From Basidiobolus meristosporus CBS 931.73 (taxonomy: Eukaryota; Fungi; Basidiobolomycota): DNA of 64,000 bases. This document shows, piece after piece, positions 39,917-49,591 of the stretch. The stretch is from assembly GCA_002104905.1 (NCBI GenBank), contig MCFE01000456.1, positions 1 through 64,000 of the forward strand. The letters are read 5' to 3'. The notes under the pieces are model-generated. The model saw only the letters and a program-made list of their open reading frames with translations, was not told the DNA's origin and searched no databases. A program made the translations under genes and the position numbers. The number at the start of each line of letters is the position of its first letter. The stretch's first letter is position 1.

Positions 39917-41745
39917 ATGGATCCGTTTGTTTCGGAAATCCGCGCGATTCCTGAGTAACCATTGAGTAGAACAGGATCCAGGTGCCCCGTCTCATGTATT
40001 ACTTTTGCCTGTTCGTAGCATCTAGAGAAATCCCCCCACCAATGATTTCAGACATTGTATGACCGGTCACGGTTTAATATGACCACAGTCCGTTTTTATA
40101 AATCTGTTGAGGCGGATATCCAAGGGCATGAGCGCTATTGTGTTGTACAGCATCCTGAATATGCTCGAACACGGCGAGGTTTCTCAGGATTGCCGGGCTT
40201 GTGTGCAGATTTATGGGCAATGCCCTTTGTATGCTATTTATAACTCGGCACAGCTGAATTCATTATTCACGGTCAATACATTATTGGAAGTAGCCTTAAG
40301 CTTGGGTTCTAGATTGGATAGAATACAGTGCTATATCAGGTCCAGTTCCTCACCAATGTTACTTTGGAGCACATTCCGATTTCCCCCTAATGATCGTCTT
40401 TACGAGCAAATGACGGATGATTTTGGAAAATGCCGCTTAGCGTATCTTGGCTCAGCATATACTACGCCGATTTGAATTGGCTCTCTCGACTCGGAAAATA
40501 CTTTGTAGTACATCAGATTCATGACGTTCGTAGATGGCAATATTTCGGGGCAGTTCAGATGAACAGGTATTTCACGAGCCCTAGCATTGCTGCATCAGGC
40601 AATGATTAGTCCTGGAGACTCCAGCATATGCACATTCATTACGTTTCATTTCCATGGAATGGAATACGAGCTGTAGACCATTAAACGAAAGATGGACTTC
40701 GCGGAATGAGATCCTGATTTGAACCGGTATCCCCGTTCACTGAGAACATCGGAGAATTTCCAGTACCCACTAACCTCTACGTAAGATTTCATGCGGCCGA
40801 GTTTGGGAGGAAAAGAAGGTTAGAAATTCGAAGGCGTCGGCTCGATTGTTCTTTTGCCTGGTGTGAACGAAACAGGTTACTCAAGGATGTTGGTCACGTT
40901 GGGGGTTTGAGTTGACGTTCCTATGGTTGCTTCAGTAAATAACCCTTTTGCTCTAAGCGTGGTCACTATCGCCGCAACAGAGCTCAATGGTGACCGACTT
41001 GGAAATGTACATGCTTGTCAGAATGCGAACGTGATCAGGATCGCACTTGTTCACCGGTCGCAGATAGTCAGGCAGGATTGATGGATTGAGCCATGAGCCA
41101 TGTATAGGAAGCGTTGTAAGAAGCGTATGATGTAATTTCGACAATTACATTAGCTTCAATCCTTCACTATCTCCACAGGTCTGATCAATTTCAAGATGTG
41201 AGGCCCAAATTAATTCAGTAAAATTGGGAATACGTATGTTTATGGCAAAGATTGGTTCCACGCTGATTAAATTTTTCACACTCGTTTAGTTAAAATAGCT
41301 GCTGATATCTTGCTGATACCGTCTTTGGGGAGAGAAACGTACGTATACTACACTTATTTAATGGTCAGCTGGTGCTTGATACCTCCATCAATTGAGGAGA
41401 ATTGTCCAAAAGAGTACTACTCTGCCATATGGCTAACTATATATATATATATATTGCAATCTCTCCTTGGTTGATATAATAAGTCCCCTTCTGGACACTC
41501 GCTGCAACTTTAATTGTCACTGATATCTCTCCAAGTCTCAGTGCTACCAGATTTCCAGCTTGAACCCAAAGCCACCGGTCCTATATGTGATTGTTGACTG
41601 AATACTTGCCCTAAGAACGAAAGTTAAAAAAAGGCCAGCAGAATTCCAAGTTTCTCTAAACTTACAATCCTCCATATTGCAGGAACTAGCCACTTGGCAG
41701 GCAAGCAGACATATTTTCCTGGTGAAGTCTGGCCCAGCAAGCATT

Positions 41746-42234
41746 TGTTGTGAAAATTTGTAATTGCACCTAAATATTCACCTGACTTGGCCACTTAGAT
41801 TATTACCTACAAATTTTAGAGAATTCTAGCCAAATTCCTTGTTGTGTTTACTTTGAATATTTTCACCAAAACATCAGGTACCCAGAAAATGAGATTTCTC
41901 AAAGATTTCCAAGTACCCCCAAACCTTGCACACATGCTCTTGAGACCTTCCTGAACATATTCTATGCATTTGCTTTGCCAAGACCATGTAAAATATAGCA
42001 CCATCTTTACATTTTAAATATCATTAAGTGAAAACCACATAATCTACTTGTTTTACTAATCGCTTCCAATATCTCCAAAATTTGTGCAACAGGCTATGAG
42101 CCCTAAACTGGCTTGCTCTGGAATGTCTACTATTGCTATCACTGAAATTTTACCTGTGCTGAACTGCTTGAGGATCCAACTACCAAGTCTGGAAAGAAAA
42201 GATGAACATGCTGCCAAAGGAAAGAGTCCTTTAG
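41746..42234 (+). mobile_element. Truncated copia element D: 5' LTR (41746-42091), PBS (42092-42104) and the start of gag, cut by insertion of element B
   Basis: TGTTG...CAACA LTR of 346 bp homologous to the family LTR; PBS GGCTATGAGCCCT; gag start MSTIAITEI with broken GSNYQVWKEKM. Confidence 0.85.
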
Positions 42235-42440
42235 TGTTGCCAGAGCCTTTGAGATTTTGTAAATGATTTGGAGAACAAGTAGATTATATGGTTTTGACTT
42301 GATTTATTGAATGTAAAAGTAGTATTTATACTGTTACATGTTCTTGGCATAGCAATCTTGTAGAATAGGCTTAGGAAGGCCTCAATAACACATATGCAAA
42401 CTTTGGGACTGTTTGGACAGCATTGAGAGTATCATGCCTT

Positions 42441-45400
42441 TGTTGTAAGAGTCTTGGAGATATTGGAAGTGATTTGGAGAACAAGTAGATTATGTGGTTT
42501 TCACTTAATGATTTATTGAATGTAAAAGTAATAATTATACTTTTACCTGGTCTTGGCATTACAAACACATAGAATAGGTTAAGGAAGGTCCCAAGAGCAT
42601 GTGTGCAAAGTTTGGGGCTGTTTGGACAACTTTGAGAATTTTCATGTTCTGGGTACCTGGCATTTTGGTGAAAATATTTTAAGTAAATCCCAACAAGGAA
42701 TTTGGTCAGTATTCTCTAGGATTTGAAGGTGATGATCTAAGTGACTAAGTTAGGTGAATATTTAGGTGGAAATACAAATTTTTACAACACTCCCACTCAG
42801 CTAAATGTTCATACTGACTAGTCCTAATTTTGACCTAAGATATTCAAACTTGTCTCTAGCTAAAGGTTTGGTAAATATGTCTGCAATCATTTCATCTGTA
42901 GGACAGTAAACTAAGCTAACTAAGTTATTCTCTATAGCTTCACGTATGAAATGATATCTAATATCTATGTGCTTGGTTCTAGCATGAAAAGTTGGATTTC
43001 TACCTAATTGTATACATCCTTGATTATCTTGAAATAAAGTAATAGGCGTTTTTTGACATAGGCCTAAATCTGTAAACAGCTTTCTTAACCACATTGCTTC
43101 TTTTGTAGCTTCACAGGCTGCCATATACTCTGCCTCTGTGGTGGAAAGTGCTACGGTTGGTTGCTTTCTTGAATTCCATGAAATTGCTCCTTTACAGTAA
43201 AGAAAGGTGTATCCTGTGGTGGATCTTCTGTCTTCCAAATTTTGTCCCCAATCAGCATCAGAGTAACCCACAAGATCCTGTTCTGAATCCTTATAAGTGT
43301 ATCTTAAGCAGATATCAGCAGTTCCTTTTAGGTATCTAAAAATCCGCTTAACTGCTGCAATATGATCAGATCCAAAATTCTGATCATGTTGGCTGACAAC
43401 TCCCACTGAATATGAGATATCTGGACGTGTTCCAAGCATGATATACATCAGACTGCTGACCATAGATTGATAAGGAAAGTCAGGGCTTTCAGATGGCACC
43501 AAGCTCTCTTGATTTGGTTGAGTTTTGACCAAGTTAAGGTTTGTCTCCATTGGGGTGGCTGCTGGTTTACAGTCTTCCATTTTGTACTTCTTTAGTATAT
43601 CTTGAATATACTTGGATTGGCTTAGGGTAATAATCTGGGTACTTCTGTCTATGGAGAACTTAATCCCTAAGTGGTAACTAAGTTCTCCTAGATCGGACAC
43701 CTTGAATTCCTTAGATAGGCTGGATTTAGTCTCTTCCAATGTTTCTAGGTTATTGGCGGCTATAATAAGATCATCCACATATAGAGCTAATAGAACTGGA
43801 TTTGCTCTATCTGGCTTATAGTATATACTATAGTCAGCATAACTTCTTTTGAAACTCAAAGATTCCAAATAAGAATCTATCTTGCAATTCCAGGCTGTTG
43901 GTGATTGTTTGAGACCATATAGTGACTTTTTAAACTTGCAGACCAAATGGGGGTTATCTTGGTCAACATACCCATCAGGCTGGTCCATATACACATCCTC
44001 ATTAAGTTCTCCATTCAAAAATGCAGTTTTTACATCCATTTGATGAATAAAAAACTTATATTTGGCACAATAGCCAATATTAATTTGATGGAGTTAAACT
44101 TGGCTACCAGTGCAAAGGTCTCAGTATAGTCAAGTCCTTTTGTTTGAGAGTATCCTTTGGCTACAAGTCTTGCTTTGTGTCTTTCAATTGTACCATCAGC
44201 CTTGTATTTTATCTTGAAGACCCATCTGCATCCAATTGATTTTTGGTGGATTGGTAATTTGACTAAGTCCCAAGTTTGATTTTCCATCAGTGCCTGATAT
44301 TCCTCAGTCATTGCAGATCTCCAAAACTTTGTCTGAGGGCTATTTAGGGCCTCTTTTACAGTCTGGGATTCATCAATATGGACTGAATAGGCATAGGCTA
44401 AGTTTGTACCCTCATTAATATAGTAATTTGGGCTATTTCTTGTCTGATTTGATCTCCGGGCATTTGATACTGGAATGATCACTTCTGGGATATTCCTGGG
44501 CACTGATTCTGGCTGAACCACAGCTGTAGAGTCCTCTGGAGTGAAGAAATTTTCATTGTTTTGCTCTGATTCAATCCTGACAATTGGTGGACTTGAGATC
44601 AAATTTTTGTCATCATCTGATGTCATTTTTTGTGAAAATTTAGAATTTTCATCAAACAACACATCCCTGGACTTGATCAGCTTCTTTGCTTTGGTATTGT
44701 AGAGTCTGTATGCCTTACTCTCATTGCAGTAGCCCAAAAATATGCATTTTACACTTTTTGGCTCAAATTTTGACTGATTTCCAGCCAGTTTTTTGGCATA
44801 TGCTGTACACCCAAATATTCTTAGATGTTCTGCACTTGGTCTATATCCATACCATGCTTCAAATGGAGTAGAATCACAAAGTATTCTGTTATAACTCCTA
44901 TTTTTAAGATATACAGCAGTGGCAACTGATTCCGCCCAAAAATCATAGGATAATTTTTGATCATGGATCATAGATCTTGCCATATCAATTATTGATTTGT
45001 TAGCTTGTTCTGCTACTCCATTTTGCTGTGGGGAGTATGGTACAGTAGTCTCTTGCTTTATCCCATGAATTTTGCAGAAGTGGATGAAGAGTTTGGAGGT
45101 ATATTCTCCACCATTGTCAGAGCATATTTTCTTGATTTTTTCACCAGTTTCTCTCTCCACCATGGCTTTAAACTCCTTGAACTTAGACAGAGCTTCTTCC
45201 TTTCTCTCCATGAAGTAGACCCATGTGTATCTTGTATAATCATCAATAAAAGTGATTAAATACGTGATCCTGCCTAAGGAAAAATTTTGCATAGGTCCAC
45301 ACAGATCTGAGTGAATTAGATCTAATTTTTTCTTAGTTTTGATTAACCCAGAGCTCTTGAACGGTTATCTGGCTTGTTTCCCATATATGCAGGCTTCGCA

Positions 45401-47123
45401 GTGCTCCAAATTAGCTGGGGGATCAATTTTCACTCCAGAAATTAGCTGATCTTTGATCATTTTACGCAAATAATCAAAATTGATGTGTCCAAATCTCCTG
45501 TGCCAAAGCATTGGTGTTTCTTCATTTAAGTTACTTATATTGGCTTCCAAATATGATGGATTATAAGTCAACTTGTATAGATTCTGATCTCTGATGCCTG
45601 AAGCAATATGGGCACCATTTTGATCAGTGATCCTGCATCCAGAATTGTCAAAACTGAAACTGAGTCATTCTGCTGTGGCCTTGCTTACAGAGAGTAGGTT
45701 CTTGGCTATTTCTGGTACATAGAGTACTTCTTTGAAGGTCAGTGTATGGCTTCCTTCACTGCTTCTAAGGTTTACTTGGATAGTTCCTTCTCCCACTGCA
45801 TCAAGTGTTCTATTGTCACCCATGAAAACCTTCTTAATTGGAATTTCTTGATATTGGGTAAAAAGTTCTTTTTGGTGTGTAAAGTGTTGAGAAGCTCCAG
45901 AGTCAATATACCACGTCTGAGAATCCTTGTTTGTGGTCATATTTAGTGCAGATATGAATAGTCTATCTTCAGTTGTTGCAGCATTTCCATATTCAGGCTT
46001 CTTTTGCTGATAATCTCTCTTTTTGAAACACCGGTCTGATGTGTGTCCTTTCCTTTTGCAGTAGTTGCAAAATAGGTTGCTGTCACTTTTGTAGGGTCTT
46101 GGGTACCTCCTTTGTTGGTTATCATTGCTTATTAAAGCATTTTCTTCTTCCTTCTTATTGGTGCTTGATTTTCTTAATTCTTCATCCAGGAGCCTTCCAT
46201 ATACGTAATTTAAGGTCAAATCTTCAGTTCTGAACTCTAGGGCTGATACAAGGCCCTGAAACTTGTCTGTCAGGCTATTCAGGATGGTAACTATCACATC
46301 CTCATCAGTAGTTGGTACGCCCACAGATTCCGTCTCATCTACCAGCAGGGTAATTCTGTTAATTAGATTTTTCATTTCTTCTCCTGGCAGCATCTTTGTA
46401 GTAAAGAATTTTCTTCTCAGATACATTTTCTTGGCAGCTGAACATGACTGGTAGGTGTCTTCTAATGCCTTCCAGGCATTCTTTGCTGTTTTTGCTCTTG
46501 AGCATTGAATTAGCAATTTGTCCTTGACATTAAGGCAAATGCAGTTAAAGGCACTTTGTTCTTTCTTCTGGTACTTTAAGGCTTCCTCTCCCACGTTTTT
46601 AGGAGGGCATTCTTCTCCCATGACAATATCCCAAAGGCCTCTTTCTTGTAGCAGCATCTTCATCTTCACCTTCCACACTTGTAGTTAGAGCCATCCAACT
46701 TTTTAGCAGAGGGAAAAATTCCAGTAATAGCAGTAGTAGACATTGCAGAGAGTGACAGCTTGGGGCTCATAACCTGTTGTAAGAGCCTTGGGGATATTGG
46801 AAGTGATTTGGAGAACAAGTAGATTATGTGGTTTTCACTTAATGATTTATTGAATGTAAAAGTAGTATTTATACTTTTACCTGGTCCTGGCATTACAAGC
46901 ACGTAGAATAGGTTAAGGAAGGTCCCAAGAACATGTGTGCAAAGTTTGGGGCTGTTTGGACAACTATGAGAATTTTCATGTTCTGGGTACCTGGTATTTT
47001 GGTGAAAATATTCTAAGTAAATCCCAACAAGGAATTTGGTCAGTATTCTCTAGGATTTGAAGGTGATGATCTAAGTGACTAAGTTAGGTGAATATTTAGG
47101 TGGAAATACGAATTTTTACAACA
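42441..47123 (-). mobile_element. Full-length but defective Ty1/copia LTR retrotransposon (element A, 4683 bp)
   Basis: LTRs 46775-47123 and 42441-42789 (349 bp each, 12 differences by eye); 5-bp TSD GCCTT (42436-40 and 47124-28); PBS 46763-46774; PPT 42790-42802. Domain order is gag (CNYCKRKGHTSDRC), PR (WYIDSGAS), IN (HRRFGH, CEAC, DD..E), RT (YVDD), RNase H. Confidence 0.98.
42801..46750 (-). pseudogene. gag-pol of element A, broken
   Basis: One-base frameshift near 46680, TGA at 45665-67, TAA at 45365-67, one-base deletion near 44067 relative to element E. Confidence 0.93.
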
Positions 47124-48313
47124 GCCTTGAGTACCTGATATTTTAGTGAAAATATTTGAAGTAAATCCCAGCAAGGAATTTGGTTGGTATTCTCTAGGAT
47201 TTGTAGATAATGATCTATGTAACTAAGTTAGGTGAATATTTAGGTGCAATTACAAATCTTTGCAACACTCCCACTCAACTAATTTCTCATACTGACTAGT
47301 TGCAATTGTGACCCAAGTTATTCAAATTTGTCTCTAGCCAATGGTTTGGTAAGTATATCTGCAATTAACTCATCTGTAGGATGGGACACTAAGTTAACCA
47401 AGTTATTCTCTATAGCTTCACATATGAAATGATGTCTAATATCTATGTGCTTAGTTCTAGCATGAGAAGGTGGGCTTCTCCATTATTGTGTACATATTTG
47501 GTTATCTCAAAATAAAACATTAAATGCTTTTGACCTAAGTCTAAATCCTTAAGAAGTGTTCTTAGCCACATTGCTTTGTTTTAAACTTTGCATGCTGCCA
47601 CATATTCTGCCTCTATGGTGGAAAGTGCTATGGTTAGAAGCTTTCTTGAATTCAAAGATATTACCCCTATACAGTAATGAAAGGTGTATCCTGTGGTGTA
47701 TCCTCTGTCTTCTAAATATTATCCCCAGTCAGCATCAGAGTATCCAGCAGGTTCCTGTTCTGAATCCTAACAGGTGTACCTTAAGCAGGTATCAGTAGTT
47801 ACTTTTAGGTAACTAAGAATCTGCTTGACTGCTACAATATGATCAGATCTAGAGTTCTAATTATGCTAGCTGAAAACTTCCACCAAATATGAGATATCTG
47901 GACATGTTCCATGTATGCTATACATCAGACTGTTGACCATAGATTGGTAAGGGAATTCTGGGCTTGAAGATAGCACCAATATCTCTTAATCTGGTTGACC
48001 ATATTTGGTCCTGCAGGTAGATCTAATCTGGATCGGCCATCTGAATCCTGCTGAGAGACCACAATAATACCAGCAGCTTGGAATCAATGACCTTCTGCAC
48101 AATCTTATAACAGGGTCACAACAGATTTTGCTAATTTTACTGCCAATTTAACTTAAAGAACATGACAGTGTTTAGGTGGTTTTTTGACAAGAGTTGTATG
48201 GCATTGTGACAGTCTTGATGCACTTTACAGCTATTTGAGCAAATCTAACTGGTCAGCACATCCAATTGCCTTATATGGCAAGAAATGTGATGATGTTTTG
48301 ATGGCCTCATTAC

Positions 48314-48405
48314 TGCTATAAAATCTTAATTCCACCTAAATACTCTCCTAACTTAGTCACTTAGATTATTACCTTCAAATCCTAGAGAATACTGAGCAAA
48401 TTACT
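48314..48405 (+). mobile_element. 5' part of a family LTR; a matching 3' part lies at 56558-56650
   Basis: ttccacctaaatactctcctaacttagtcacttagattattaccttcaaatcctagagaatactgagcaaatt matches about LTR positions 1-93. The other part ends TCTTACAACA at 56650. About 160 bp are missing between them. Confidence 0.75.
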
Positions 48406-49591
48406 TCCTATGAGAAATTATTGTGATGATCCCATCAAAAGGCTGTCACAAACTTAAAGTTCTGTGACTAAGAGGTATTAATCCCATCAGGACACTATGC
48501 AAAGACTGTCAAGAAATAATAGTATCCCAGATTTCACAAAAAACTTGGTCAAAATACTTCATCACAACAATACAAAAATGGCATTTAATCAGTTCTCTGC
48601 CAATTTTCTCACTTTCTGATTGCAGACACTCCATCACCTCCTACATTTGTGTGGATTGATTGGCTATTGCCTTTTTTTCACACTCCTACTTCCCAACTCA
48701 ACTGTTTTTCTTACATTTCATGCATACAAAATAATTTATTCCATTGAAACTTCAGTTGCACCTTAATAGCCAACTGTATTGACCTATGCAAGTCTCTAAA
48801 CCCTATTCCGACATTAAGCCCAACCCCACACTCACCAGGTAAATCTATTGAAATCCACCAGTCAATAAGTATTTCTGCTGTAATGCTCTGTTTCCATGAC
48901 TTTGGGAGGAACCCTACAGCATTATGCCACTATTCATTCACTGGTTCACACATGCCCTGGTCTTCAGCCAGCACTGCAAGGTCTAGCACCTCATCTGCCA
49001 GTCTTTGCAATAAGTCCTTGCAATATTCCAGTGTGTTTTCTTGAGCACTGCTCTTGAAGAAGTGTGTAACCTCTTAGTGTGCCCGTCAATGTTCCAAAAC
49101 TCCACTGAAGGCATTGTGATAGTCTTTCAAGGTCTTGAAGTTGTAGCCTTGTCTGTTAGTGGGATCTCCACACCATCAACAATGAAGGATATGGAGGCTG
49201 CAATAGACAAATTGCCTTTTTCAGCAAACTTATCTGCCTTGCTGGAGTGTAGCTCAACTGGCTGCGCTTCCAGCCCTTGTGAAAACAGCTGTTTTCTTGT
49301 TGGTAATTCTTCTTGGCTATGATGGGATTCAGTCTGTTCCTGACTTGCGGCATTAATTGGCAAGAACTGCAGTTTTTTTTGCATGCCTCCCTGTCTCAGG
49401 CTTGGGTAGACATTTTTACCTTTAAATTTTCCTTTATCACTACCAGGTCACTCACTGCTACTTTGTCTGAGTGCTTCTTGTAAGGAACTACATTTTCTCC
49501 TGGACAAATTCTGCTCTGATGCATCTTTTTGGCCTGCTTGTCCCTTACTAGCACTCTTCTGGCAGCCTGATGTTTCTTTTCCGCTTGTTTT

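Larger units (their letters stand above)
42235..47995 (-). mobile_element. Older copia element B: 3' LTR split into 42235-42440 and 47124-47267 by element A; PPT and degraded RNase H/RT at 47268-about 47995
   Basis: The two halves join at the GCCTT duplication into one LTR of about 345 bp; ctcccactcaact PPT follows; the downstream sequence is a stop-riddled homologue of 42801-43520. Confidence 0.85.
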
